Notes under the pieces: generated by a model
What the model was told of the DNA's origin: nothing
The model's input: the letters and a program-made list of their open reading frames with translations, nothing else
Databases searched by the model: none
In this document: one piece after another, positions 34,837 to 61,025 of the stretch
Numbering within the stretch: the first letter of the stretch is position 1
Layout: every line of letters begins with the position of its first letter
DNA from: the human T2T-CHM13v2.0 reference genome, Homo sapiens
DNA: 64,000 nt
Reading direction: 5' to 3' (one strand)
Assembly: GCF_009914755.1 (NCBI RefSeq)
Contig: NC_060938.1
Position numbers and translations under genes: made by a program

Positions 34837-35802
34837 TCATAATTCCAATTCCAATAAACCTGTCCTAAATCTCAGAATATCTTTGGATCTTATTTTTAGT
34901 AGTACAAATTATTGATCCCTAAAATAAACTCAGAGGATGGGAGGAAGGGTCCAAATTTTGGATTAATAAAACCAGTTACCTGGTGTCTCTCCTCTTATAA
35001 ACTGTTTAACAATAATAAAATTACAAGAAGTTCTAATATCATAGATTGCAGCCATCCCATTAGAAAATGCTTAAAATATTGAGGAATCTAGAAGAAGACA
35101 AGTAGACAGTTTTATCTCCAGGATTGAAAAGAGATAGCAAGAATGTGTGGCAAGGACCTAAAACATCCTGTTTGGGGCAAGAAACCAGGCTGCCTGAGTA
35201 AACTCTCAGTGCATGTAAAGCATTTGGAAGAGTGCCTAGCATGTAGGACAAGCTATGAGAGTGTTGGCTTTTCTGTAATAGTGGGGGTTTCCATGTGGCC
35301 ATCCAAGAAATGGTTGTGATGGTTAATTTTAATATGTCAACTTGACTGGGCTAAGGGATGCCCAGGTAGCTGGCAAAACAACATTTCTGGGTATGTCTGT
35401 GAGGCTGTTTCCAGAAGAGATTAGCATTTGAATCAGTAGATGGAGTAAAGATCCCCCCTCAAAAATGTGGGTGGGCATCATCCAATCCACTGAGGGCCTA
35501 AACAGAACAAAAAGGCAGAGGAAGGGCAAATTCTGTCTCTCTCTCTCTCTCTTTCTCTCTCCTCTTGACCAGGAACATCCATCTTTTCTTGCCCTCAAGC
35601 AAAAGATCTCCTGGTTCTCAGGCCTTCGGACTCCATATCTTACACCAGTACAGCCTCCCATTCCCTCCATCTGGAGCATCCCACCCCCATTCTCAGGCCT
35701 TCAGACTCTAACTGGGAATTTTCAGACAGCATATCATGGGACTACTTGGTCTTCATAATTTCCTGAGCATCAGCCAATCCCGTAATAAAAAATAAAATTC
35801 AA

Positions 35803-36110
<308 letters not shown>

Positions 36111-36125
36111 ATGTAATAAAATTTT

Positions 36126-36259
36126 AGGGTTCTCCAAAGAAACAGAACCAATAGGATATATATATCCTGTATAACCAATATGTATATCCTGTATAACCAA
36201 TATATATATCCTGTATAACATATATATATCCTATTGGTTCTGTTTCTTTGGAGAACCCT
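36126..36259. repeat. Perfect 40-bp inverted repeat with a 54-nt tandem-repeat spacer
   Basis: 36126-36165 is the exact reverse complement of 36220-36259. Confidence 0.95.
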
Positions 36260-36929
36260 GACTAATACAAGGGTCTGAGAGAGAGCTAGGCCTAATTCTA
36301 TTCACATATAAACAAAGAATGGGGAAAATTGCAATGTGGATGACAGTGAAAATAATAGCTAAATTTCAGTACCAAGTGCTAGGTATTTTGCTGGACAATT
36401 CATATAATCTCATCTAATCCTCACATCCTCATAATAGCCCTATAAAGTGGGCCTATTATAATTCCTATTTAAGTGTAAGGTTTTTATTATCCTCCTCTTT
36501 CCCATCTCCACACCCCAGACAATGTTGTTTCTTACCTCCCTGCCAGTACTCACCCTCTCTCTCCTCCTCTTCTATTCACCATGTATACTCTTTGCCTTAC
36601 CACTTGCCCACGGATCCCCTATGCCCTCCCAAGTTGGGTTAGAAATGCTTCCTGTTTCCCTATAATATCCTGTTCATATTGCTATGAACAGGATACATAT
36701 AATCTTATATATCATATGATCATATATACAAAATGCTATCAAATTTTCTTTTAGGTATTTCTCTCCCCATTACACTGTGAGATCTCGAGAGCCAGGGCTA
36801 CTTCTTAACAGTTATATTGCAGCCTCTTATTTAGTAATTGGCACATAATACATGTCCAACAAAGGAAGAAAATATAAAAGGGATTAGACAAAGGAAATCA
36901 TTAGAAAAGTACATAAAACATACAAAAAT

Positions 36930-37260
36930 TTATTACATGGGACTATCCATATCACAAGTTGAAACTAATTTAAATGTTCAGCAATAGCGATTGGTTAAAT
37001 GCATTTTATTTTATCCATAATTTCTATTCCATATTTTTCAAGATATTTAAAGTCATGGAAGACTGCCACTTTAAACAAGCAGGACACAAAATTGTATCGA
37101 TAATATTATTGCAATTGTGTTTTGAAAATAGCCATACGAATACAAAATATAAGTAAAAATACTAAAATATCAATAGTAGTTGCATTTGGATGGGAATTTG
37201 TGAGCAATTTTTATTTTCTTCTAGAACTCTTCTATTTTTCAAATTTTCTATTAAAAACCA
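36930..37260 (+). mobile_element. L1ME-type 3' relic
   Basis: aaatgttcagcaatagcgattggttaaat...atcaatagtagttgcatttggatgggaatttgtgagcaatttttattttc. Confidence 0.5.
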
Positions 37261-38694
37261 AATTGTTTATTTTTATACAGTACACATCCATTTTAGAAAA
37301 CTTACATAAACAAGTATAAAATTTTTAATTACATGTAATCCCGTGATCAATAAATAGTGATTGATTGATTGATCAATAGATAGATAAATGTATATAAGAT
37401 TTTATTTAAAGGGATAAACATGGTAGCATATAATCAGGGAAGAGCTTTCTTTTTTTTTTTTTTTTTTCCATGCCACCTCCTTCAAACTGGTTCTGGTAGC
37501 TCTCTTTTCATCTCCTTTGGTATGCCCTGAGTGGATCCCATGTTTTGCCAGTCACTTTTTGGCTATAAGAACATTTTATCCTTCCCCCTATCTCAGAGCT
37601 TATGCAAGGATTAAAGTCCTGTGGCAGTGTGGAACTGGAGGGAGGAGAATGTGGCTCTTCTTTCACATGCCTTGTTCCACCTCCTCCTACTTCTTCTGGC
37701 TCTGACAAGAGGATTGGATCCAACAAGCAGGAGGGATAAAAAGAAATGGCCTTTTTACTTAGTTGATGCCCTTGTGTCAAGCACCCACTGTCATGGGAGA
37801 CGATCAAATTCCAGTTCTCTCTTGGGGTGAAGAGCATTATTTTCAGCCTGTATTGGAAACACTTCCCCACCTCTATGGGCAACTCCACCTGTACCCTGAT
37901 ACTGAAAATACTTTCTAGGATACAAGCACTCCCCACCAGTATCTGCCACCTGACAGTTCACCCACAACCCCTTTTTGCTGTAGGCTCTCCCTAGGGCCAG
38001 TAGCCCTCTTGGGTAAAACATTTTCAAGACCCTTAACACCCTCCTCAGTGGCTATGTGGCTCATGGAATTTACAAATCTTTTCTCCCACCCATCCTGACT
38101 GCTGCCCTCTCACAAACAGCCTCCCAAAGCCAAGATTTTCCAAGCAAGAGGCAGTCAAAAGTTTTGATCTTCCTTACATTTGACCCGAAGTTCTGGGCAC
38201 AGGTATCCAGTTCTCTTGTAAAATTCTCATGCGCCGCACCTATGCACCTATGCATCCTCTGTAATGAATGTCCAGGCTTGACATAAGCAGCTGATGATGG
38301 TAGATACTGAGCTACTTTGGCCCACTATATCATAGCAAGTCCTCTGGGATGTGCTTACACCTCTTTTTAAAATTAGTGTGTACTTATTGTCCATAGTTCT
38401 CAGCTTTGATGACTTAGTCAGAATTCCATGACAATAGAAAAAGTCTTATTTAACATCTGTTGTGTAATATATTATACTTTTACAAAAATGGGACTATATG
38501 TATACATTAATAAGCATTATGTCTCAAAATGTACTGCTGGTCTATTATGCCCCTGGTATTGAGAGAAATAAAAAAATATGATAAAAATCCTTATCTTTTA
38601 AAAAGCCTACAATCCAGCAGGGAAGATAAGACATGTGAACAAACAACTGTAATAAAAATGCCATGAATGTGAAAAAAAAAAAAAAGCATTTTCA

Positions 38695-39066
<372 letters not shown>

Positions 39067-40362
39067 TTAAATTTTCAGCCAAATTCTGAAGAATTGGTAA
39101 GATCTCAATAGTATAAAATGGAGGTGGGGGAACACATATACCAGAGACAAGAAACAATGAATAAAAGCACAGAGACTAAAAAACATAACATTTTTTCAGA
39201 GAATACTGAATAGTCCAATTTTTTTAGGAATACAATATTCCTCAAAGAACTTGCCATTTTTACAATAATAGCAATTAAGGCAGCCTAGATTCCTTGTCAT
39301 GCATTGATACATTATTAGGGCACTATGAAAATTTTTTAGGACTATGTCATGAGTGGTATCCAGAGAATTTGAACTGTTAATTTGGCAGTGATGAAGCGCT
39401 GAAGAATTACAAATTATAAAGAAACACCAGGCTGTGCAAGAGCCAAAGATAAGAAGGAAAGTATCTAGGAGGCATGCGCAATCATCGCTGCCTAAACTAG
39501 GACGGTGGCAGTGGGAATGCAAAGGAATGCACCAATTCAGATGACAATCCAAAGCCTTTTGAGCATTCAGTCCATCAGCCACCCTGATAACACCAATAAA
39601 GCCTTGCTGGAGAGACTTTGGGTTGACTGCTCGCTGGTGATGAAGGATTTGCACTGAGAATACAAATTCCCACTTCTTATCCCCCTCAAGGCCCAGGTAA
39701 TACATTTTCAAAGAGCCTGTCTAGTGTTAAGAGTGCAGGCTAAGTCATAGAAAGGAGCAAAATTAACTATCTCATAAGGGAATTCAACTCACCAACAGAA
39801 ACAAAAGGGTCACAGGTGTGTTTCAGGAGGTTTAAATGGCTTGACAGAGGAAAGGGATGGCAAGTTCCTAGCATCTTCTTGAACCTGCCAATAATGGCAA
39901 AACATCATAATGCTCAGGGTAAAATGATGTGTATTAATTGAGAAGTAACAATAAATGCTACCTGGGGATTGTTAATATTTAGACGTATGGTGTTAATTTA
40001 AAGTGCTATTCAGAACTCAGTTTCTATACTAGGTGCCCCAATAATGTGTCGATCCGAGACCAGGAATTCTTAATATTCTAGGCTGCCTTCATTGTTATCA
40101 TAAAAACACAAAATGTAATGGCTGCTAAGATTTTGTAGTACCCAGGACCTGATCCAGCACCGTGTAGCTACTTTGATGTTTTACAACCTTCATTTTGATG
40201 CCAGATATAATTAGTGATCAAATGTCTCAAGAGTGGGTCAAAAGGGGAAATAATGAAAAGAGAAGACATTATCATTGGCAAATGAAGGTCATCTTTATAG
40301 AAACAGAAACACCAATTGTGCGTTACTAGCAGAAAAAGCCATGTGTTTCTTTGATGGTACTG

Positions 40363-40397
40363 TACTGCCCTCTAGAGACAAGCCTATGACATGCAGC
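40363..40397 (-). promoter_or_regulatory. Candidate CTCF site
   Basis: Minus strand gctgcatgtca-taggct-tgtctctagagggcagta resembles upstream module plus core motif; motif resemblance only. Confidence 0.35.
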
Positions 40398-40644
40398 TCT
40401 AGCTAAAACCAAACTGAAAATCTAAAACAAACCCAAGCACAATTCAGGCAAAACGGAAAACATGAAATTCTAGATTAATATTTTCAAAGAACTCCTACCT
40501 CAACAGGCAATAAAAATAGCTTCTAAGTCAAATATTAATGTAAGGATGTTTTGAAGTAAAATATATGCATTTTCCCAGAAATCTGAAATATGAGAGTAAA
40601 TTAATTAACTATGGAACTTGCAGCAGTTTAAAGATCAAGCTATA

Positions 40645-41114
<470 letters not shown>

Positions 41115-41986
41115 TTAGTCAAATTATGAATCATTTGCACTTTAAAACACTGTTTGTAAAAACGACCATTAATAGCACTTCATTTTAACCTGAAACAATG
41201 TTATATATAATACTACAACCAGACCTCCTGATCAGCCCCCCAGAAAAGACTGCATCTAAATACCGGTATTAATTGCCGGAGGCTGAAAGCCCCTGACCCT
41301 CCCTATGGTCTGAGCTTTGGGCTCCACTCACCTATACTAACTCTTGTGTCAGAAGTGACAGGAGGTTTAGGGACACAGAAGGAAAGAGAGTGTCAACTGG
41401 ATGTCATTTGAGGTAACTCTGATCTCTGAAATGTATAAGAACTGTTTTCAACTCTTATCCCAGGTCCATGGGAAAAGCTACTGCCTCTTAGGATTCCTGA
41501 GAACTCCTGGGGGCTAATCATCTCATAATTGCCTTGCACTCGATTTCCTAACTCACTCAATTCTTAGCTCCCAAGTCACTATCTGATATGAAACTACACC
41601 TATTTTTACTTTTTTCAAAATACCGCCAGCACAAGGATGAGTGAGAGTCATACTTAATCAAAGATCTGGGAGACAAAGAACCACAGAGCTAATAAACTAA
41701 CGTTGATAGTAGATAACCTTGTTCTTTAAAGTCTAACATGGGAAAATGCGTGCCGCTACCGCAGGGCAGAAACAGATCCAGTCAGTCAGTCAGTTGTAGT
41801 TTTAATTAAACTATCTTACTTCTGATTAAGAGTCAATTAACTCATTCCTTTTTGGCTCAAGGGCATGTTAACAACCACCTTCACCTATGTCTTCCAATTC
41901 CTTTATATGGTATATTGGAAAAATATTATATTTTTATAGTGCCATATTTTTTCAATGTGCTATGGTAGTCCAATGAAGTGATTAAA

Positions 41987-42009
41987 ACACACACACACAC
42001 ACACACACA
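41987..42009. repeat. (CA)n microsatellite
   Basis: acacacac run. Confidence 0.9.
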
Positions 42010-42422
42010 GTTAGTCAGAAACTCCCAAACTGTTAAAAGGCGTACAAGATACCATGGTAGTTAGTCATGCAACACCAAACACATCCCAGAGTCAGCTTCT
42101 TCTGGGCATTTTCTACCTTCTTATACTCTACTTAACCTTGACATTGCTGTCTTTCTGCTTACATAACCTCTCAGCCACCACCAAACTGCAGAATAGGGAG
42201 CACAACAAGCGTGAGAAAAAAGTTTCCATGGTAAAAGATGACATGTTAGGCATGAATTCACTAAGATTGAGAAAGTAAAGTTGATTTATTTTACTGTAAC
42301 AGATATGGAGTGAATTAAAAAAAATCTCGTAGGCTCCTTCAGATGTCATACATATGATCAGATTTTCTGTTCAGAGCTGTGTACCTCTGGCAAATCCCAA
42401 CATGGAGAGTTTTATGGATATT

Positions 42423-42690
42423 AGGCCGGGCAACGTGGCTCATGCCTATAATGTCAGCACTTTGGGAGTCTGAGGCAGAAGTATCCTTCTGCCTTGAGCC
42501 CAGGAGTTCAAGACCAGCCTGGGCTCTATAGATCCACCTCTACAAAAAATAAAAAATTAGCCTGATATTGAGGCACGTGCTACTCGAGAGGCCAAGGCAA
42601 GGGGATCATTTCAGTCCAGGAGATTGAGGATGCAATGAGCTGTACTCCAGCCTGGCTGACAGAGCAAAACCCTGTGTCAAAAAACAAAAA
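42423..42690 (+). mobile_element. Degenerate AluJ
   Basis: ggccgggcaacgtggctcatgcc...ttgagcccaggagttcaagaccagcctggg; internal deletions in the right arm. Confidence 0.88.
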
Positions 42691-43455
42691 CACAAGGTTG
42701 CATGGGGGATTCCACTGTTTGTTATAGCGTCAGGTTCAAATGGGGTCATTTTTTTATTATTCTTCTTTTTTCCTTCCTTTTTTGGATAAGTACAACTTAC
42801 CTGGTATTTATATTACTTAGTTTCAGCTTATGGCTTTATCTCATAATATCTGTTTTTACCACACAAAAATATTCTTTAGATGGGAGGCAGGACAAGGCCT
42901 TTTGAATTCCAGGAAGCTCCATGCCTGAATTCGTCTCCACAGAACCCACATGCAGAGTCCTCATGACCTCTAATTAACATCTTACCTTCAGCTCCCGTGG
43001 CTACCCTGTGTTTTTCTCTTTACTCAAGGAAGTTAGCCTTCACCTTTTAGATCATCAGACAGTGAAGGCTTCCAAGAGATACTAGCTTTGTTGTTTTTCG
43101 TGTCCTGGACAGCAGCATCACCTTTGCTCACCTCAGGCCATCTCCTATAGCTCACATTCTCACAAACATGCTGACTTTGAGACAAAGATTTTGAAGCATT
43201 CATTGTGAATAATGACTTTGATTTTGTAACTGTCACACTGAACAAAAAGGACTCTTGGAGTATAATCAGAAAGTAACTTTACTTTTTAACCACTAGTCCT
43301 TGAAATATAATCTGTGAAGCTAGATCAATCTCCTCCTCCAGTCAAAAATTAAGGCAGGCTTCACACCTTTCCTGTCCTTTTGAATAATACCAAGAGTTCT
43401 TTCCTGTAGCAAATGCCTCTGAAACCTGGGTCACATTCCCTGAGCCTATCTCTGA

Positions 43456-44945
43456 TTTTCTTTTTTGTTTGTTTGCCAGGTTTTGGTATCAGGATGATGC
43501 TAGCTTCATAAAAGGAGTCAAGGAGGAGTCCCTCCTCCTCAATTTTTTGGAATAGTTTCAATAGAATTGGTATTAGCTCTTCTTTGTGTGTCTGGTAGAA
43601 TTCAGCTGTGAATCCATGTGGTCTGGGGCTTTTTTTTTGATTGTTAGGTTTTTTTATTACTGCTTCCATTTTGGAACTCAGCACTGATCTGTTCAGAGTT
43701 TCAATTTCTTCTTGATTCAATCTTGGGAGACTATAAGTTTCCAGTAATTTATTCATTTCCTCTAGATTTTCTAATGTGTGTGCATAGAGGTGTTCATAAT
43801 AGTCTCTGAGGCTCTTTTGTATTTCTGTCGGATCAATTGTAATGTCACCTTTGTCATTTCTGATTGCACTTATTTGAATCTTCTTTTTCCTTGTTAATCT
43901 AGCTAGTGGTCTATTGATCTTGTTTATCCTTTCAGAGAACCACCTTTTGGTTTCATTAACTTTTTGTAGAATATGTATATTTGGATCTCAATTTTGTTCT
44001 GTTCTGCTCTGATTTTAGTTATATCTTTTCTTCTGCTAGCTTTGGGGTTACTTTGTTCTTGTTTTTCTAGTAGGTGTGATGTTAGATTAATTTTCTAACT
44101 TTTTGAGGTAGGTGTTTTGCACTATAAACTTTCCTCTTAACATTGCCTTGCTGTATCTCAGATATTTTGGTATGTTGTGTCACTTTTTATTTACTTCAAA
44201 GCATTTCTTGATTTCTGCCTTAGTTTTGTCATATACCCAAAAGTCATTCAGGAGTAAGTTGTTTAATTTCCATGTAATTGTGCAGTTTTGAGAGATCCTC
44301 TTGGTATTGATTTCTATTTTTATTCCACTGTAGTCCAAGAGTATGCTTGGTATGATTTCAATTTTTAAAAAATTTATTGAGACTTGCTTTATGGTCAAGC
44401 ATGTGGTCAATCTTAGAGTATGCCCCCTATGCAGAAGAGAATAATGTATATTCTGTGGTTGATGGGTGGAATATTCTGTAGATGTCTATTAGTTCCAATT
44501 GGTCAAGTGTAGAATTTAAGTCCAGAATTTCTGTTAGTTTTCTGCCTTGATAATCTGTCTAACACTATCATTGGGGTGTAGAGGTCCCTTATTATTACTG
44601 TGTGGCTAGTTAAGTTTTTCTGTAGGCCTAGAAGTACTTGTTATTTGAAGCTGGGTGCCCCAATATTGGGTGCAAATACATTTAGGATAGTTAAGTCTTC
44701 TTGTTAAATTGAACCTTTTATCATTACGTAATGCCTCTCTTTGTCCTTTTTTACTGTTATTAGTTTAAAGCCTGCTTTATCTGATATAAGAATAGCAACC
44801 CCAATCTTTGTTGTTTTTTGTTTGTGTGGTAGATCTTTCTCCAACCCTTTACTTTGAGCTGATGGGTGTCATTGACAGCAGAGAGATGGGTCTTTTTTTT
44901 TTTAATCCAACTTGCACTCTGTGCCTTTTAAGTGGGGCATTTATG
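43456..44945 (-). mobile_element. Internal L1 fragment (L1PA15-16/L1PB type), 5' ~1.5 kb of ORF2
   Basis: ORFs 43361-43756 (LPRLNQEE...GFTAEFYQ) and 44180-44410 are ORF2-like; no polyA or TSD. Confidence 0.88.
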
Positions 44946-45994
44946 TCCCACTTTTTAATTTTATGAGATCTACTTCTTTTTAGCTTCCACATATAAGTGA
45001 GAACATGTAGTGTTTAACTTTCTGGTCTTGTCTCATTTCACTTAACACAATGTCTTCCAGTTTTATCCATGTTGCTGTGAATGACAGAATTTCATTCTTT
45101 TTTTGTGGCTGAATAGTAGTCTATTGCGTATATGTAGCATATTTTCTTCATCCATTCATCTGTTGTTGGACAACTAGGTTGATTTCATATTTTGGCATTG
45201 TGAAGAGTGGTGCAATAAACATTTGTGTGCAGATGACTCTTTGATATACCTGAGTTCCTTTCCTTTGGATAAATGTCCAGAAATGCTTTGCCCACATTTT
45301 AATCAGGTTTTTTTTTTAGCTATTGAGTTACTTGAGTTCCTTATATATTTTGGATATTAACCCTTTATCAGTTGTGTGGTTTGCAAATATTTATTTTCTT
45401 TCATTCTGCAGGATGTTTCTTCACTCTATTGATTGTTTTCTAGGCTGTACAGAAGCATTTTAGTCTTATGCAGTCCCATTTGTCTACCTGTGCTTTTGTT
45501 GACTATGCTTTTGATGTCTTATCCAAAACAATCATTACCCAGAGCAGTGTTAAGATGTTTTCTCATATGTTCTCTTCTAGTAGTTTTTAAGTCTTATTTT
45601 CTTTGTCTTTAATATATTTTATATTTAATATATTTTAGTTCTTGTATATGATGTGAGATAAGGGTCCAATTTTATTTTATGCATATAAATATCCAGTTTT
45701 CTAAACAGCATTTATTGAAAGAGACTGATCTTTTCCAATTACACAATATCCTTGACATCTTTGTCAAAGATTTATTAGACCATAATGTTTGCACTTACTT
45801 CTGGGCTTTCTATGTCATCCCATTGGTCTACATGTCTGTTTTTGTGCCAGGATCATACTGTTCAGGTTACTGTAACTATGTAATGTATTTTGAAATCAGG
45901 TAGGGCAATACTTCCAGCTTTATTCTTATTTCCTAAGTTTGCTATGGCTATTCAGAGTCTTTCGTGATTCAATAAAATATTTTAGGTTTTTTTC

Positions 45995-46535
45995 TTTTTT
46001 TTTTCAGAATGATTGAAACATTTTATTAATTCTAATATTTCTGAGAACCCACTGTGTTCTAGGAACACATAGTTACACAGATGATGTAATGAATGAGACA
46101 AAATCTGTATCTTCTAGTTGCGCCAAAAGCAGTAATTTCTAAGGTATGTGTGGTGGGGAAAGGGTGCTCTGAGGAGAGGGAGATGGGGAACAGAATCACT
46201 TGAGAGTGAGGATTTGTTTCCAATTAATTAACATGCCCACAAGAATCTGCCATATCCCACATCAAGAATCATTGCTTTAATATAGATTGATGAGTTGATG
46301 ACGTTAATGAGTTGATGACTGTCTCCCAGGTATGTTGGGGAACAAAAAAGTTTGAGAAACAAACACAATCATAAAGAACTATATTCTAATAATAAGGCAT
46401 TACCATTGCTCCTACTTTTTAATGTATTATATACATTATTGTATAATACTTTTTAATGTATTTAATAAATACATCTCATAGTGGATTTTCTTAAAACAGA
46501 GCTTGCCTTTTCATTTTTTTTTAAATTTTTTTAAT
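45995..46535 (-). other. Polyadenylated non-L1 insert, probable orphan 3' transduction
   Basis: T-tract 45995-46004 with minus-strand AATAAA at 46022-46027; interrupts otherwise contiguous L1 sequence. Confidence 0.7.
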
Positions 46536-46960
46536 ATTCTATTTTTTTATTTCTGTGAAATATGTCATTGGAATTTTGACAGGGAATGCATTGAATCTAT
46601 AGATTACTTTGGGTAGTATGGACATTTTAATAACATTAATTCTTCCAATCCATCAAGATGGGATATCTTTCCATTTATTTGTGTCTTCTTTAATTTCGTT
46701 CATCGATGTTTTATAGTTTTCAGTGTAAAAATCTTACACCTTCTTGGTGAAATTTATTCCTAAGATTTGAGGTTTTTTGTAGCTATTACAAATAGGATTG
46801 TTTCTTGGCTTCTTTTTCAGATAGTCCATTGTTAGTGAATAGAAATGTTACTGATTTTTGTATGTTGCATTTGTATTCTGCAACTTCATTGAATTTGTTC
46901 ATTAGTTCTACTGGTTCTTTGCTTGAGTCTATAGGGTTTTCTATAAATCAGATCATGTCA

Positions 46961-47543
<583 letters not shown>

Positions 47544-48189
47544 TCAGATGCTTTTTGTGCATCTGTTGAGATGATTGTAAGATTTTTATCCATCATTTTG
47601 TTAATACAGTGTATCATATTTATTGATTTGCATACATTAAAGCATCTTCATACCCCAGGGATAAATAATTGTACTTGATCATGATGTGTAGTTTTTCTAG
47701 TATGCTGTTGAATTTGATTTGCTAGTACTTTGTTGAGGATTTTCACATCTATGTTAATTAGGGATATTAGCTTACAATTTTCTTCTTTTTATAGAGTCCT
47801 TGTCTGGCTTTGGTATTAGATAATGCTGGCCTCAAGAGTTTGGAAATATTTCTTCCTCTTTAATTTTTTGACAGAGTTTGAGAAGATTAGGCATTAATTA
47901 TTCTTTAAATGTTTTACAGAGCCAGCACAACCCTTCAGAAGGACAAATGCCTTCTTGTTCAATCACCCTGGAAAACATAGGTGCCAGAGAAAGAGAGGAG
48001 CAGAAGCAGCCTCCAGAGTGGGTGAGAGGACTCATCAAACATCTAAATGTGCCCTTTGGTGATGGACTAAATATGCTGCAGGTGAGCTAGAGAACAACTT
48101 CATTTGTATACCTAACATGACATCATTTAGCCTTCACTTGATGCAGGTAAGAAATTTACGGCCCACTCCTGCTTCCAGGAAACAGAGAA

Positions 48190-48345
48190 GGCACCCAGAC
48201 CTGTGCCTGCCAGCACCCCACCCATGAGCCAACACCACCTCCAGTGCAATGGCACACACAGTCACCAGCAGGGGCCCCCCACCACCCTCAATTGCATTGT
48301 CTCCACCACCGTGGTGAGTACTCGCAAGAGACAGGCACCCCAACA
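48190..48345 (+). mobile_element. Short GC-rich fragment resembling an older L1PA11-14 5'UTR
   Basis: cctgtgcctgccagcaccccaccc...gccaacaccacc...cacagtcaccagcaggggcccccc; recalled similarity only. Confidence 0.45.
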
Positions 48346-48354
48346 CACACCTAT

Positions 48355-53520
<5,166 letters not shown>

Positions 53521-53884
53521 AGAATTTAATCCATTTAAGTCTAAAGTAAGTATTAATAGGTTAAAAACTTACTACTGTCATTTTGTTAATTGTTTTCTGG
53601 GTTGTTTTTTTTTTCTTAGCTCCTTTGTTCCTTCTTCCTCTCTTGTTGTCTTCTTTTGTGAATTTATTATTTTTTCTAGTATGCTTTGATTCCTTTTTCT
53701 TTATTTTTCTGTTTCTACTACAGGTTTTTTCTTTGTGGTTTCTATGAGTCTTAAATAAAATAGCTTATATTTACAACAGTCTATTTTAAGCTGATAACAA
53801 CTTAACTTTGACCACATAGAAAAACTATTCTTTAACTTCTCATCCTCCCATATTTCGTTATTGATGTCATAATTTACATTTTTT

Positions 53885-60193
<6,309 letters not shown>

Positions 60194-60289
60194 AATTTAC
60201 ATCTTTTATATGTCATGTATCTATTAACAAATTATTGTAGCTATTGTTTTTTTTAATATATCATTTAATTTTTATATAAGTGAAAAGTG

Positions 60290-61025
60290 AGCTGGCCCTG
60301 TTCCTTGGTCAGCAAGTAGACAGTCCTGCAGTCTGAGTTCACAGGGGCCAGCCTGCTGCCTATGTCTACTGGAAAAGATCTGGGGCCTGAGTCTGCGTGG
60401 ATGGGCCTGGTGCCTGAGTCTGCAGTGGTAAGCCTGGAGCCTGGGTCTGTAGGGGCTGGCTTGGCCCTTGGGCCTAAAGGAGCAGGCATGGAGTCTGGGA
60501 TCACTAAGACCAGCCCAAAGCCTGGGTCCACACAGACTGACCTGGCACTGCGGCAGGGCTGATGTCTGGGTCTGTGGACATGGGCCTCTTCCTGAGTCCT
60601 CAGGAGCTGGCTGGGTGTCACAGTTTACCCAGGATACCTTGGGGTAGGCTTAGTACCTGTGTCTATAGGAACAGGCCTGGTACCTGGGACTATGAGGGCA
60701 GGCCTGGAGACTGGGTTTTGGGGGATAGGCCTGGAGCCAGTGTCTAATGGAGCTAGCCTATACTCTAAGTCCATTGGAGCATATGGCTTTAGGGATGATC
60801 TGGAGGCTATTGCCCCATGGGCCTCCCTGGTACTGGGGCAGGTCTGGAGCCTTCCAACCACAGGAATGGGCCTAGAGTTTGGGACCACAGATGCCAGCCT
60901 GATGCTGGAGCAGGCCTTGGGTCTGGGGCTGCAGGGACTGACCTGAAGCCTGAGACCATAGGGGCTGGCCTTGTGCCCGTGTTCACTGGACCAGACCTGG
61001 TGCTGGGATCCACAGTGAAGTCTGC
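60290..61025 (-). repeat. Degenerate ~30-bp GC-rich tandem array within the old L1 5'UTR
   Basis: Recurring ggcctggagcctgggtct(g/c)-like units; source of the Pro/Gly-rich ORFs at 60265-61098. Confidence 0.75.

Noticed and set aside
37446-38360. Poly-T followed by GC-richer DNA with several ORFs, as a possible minus-strand retrocopy
   Set aside because: No polyA signal near the T-tract, no TSD, no recognisable protein; more likely an old LTR relic
39196-39711. 171-aa minus-strand ORF
   Set aside because: Non-ATG start, no recognisable domain, partly overlaps L2; compatible with chance
43456-44945. L1 fragment covering nearly the same ORF2 interval that is missing between 47915 and 53521, suggesting a relocated piece
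   Set aside because: It overlaps 47770-47915 by ~140 bp with clearly different sequence and looks like a different subfamily; treated as coincidence
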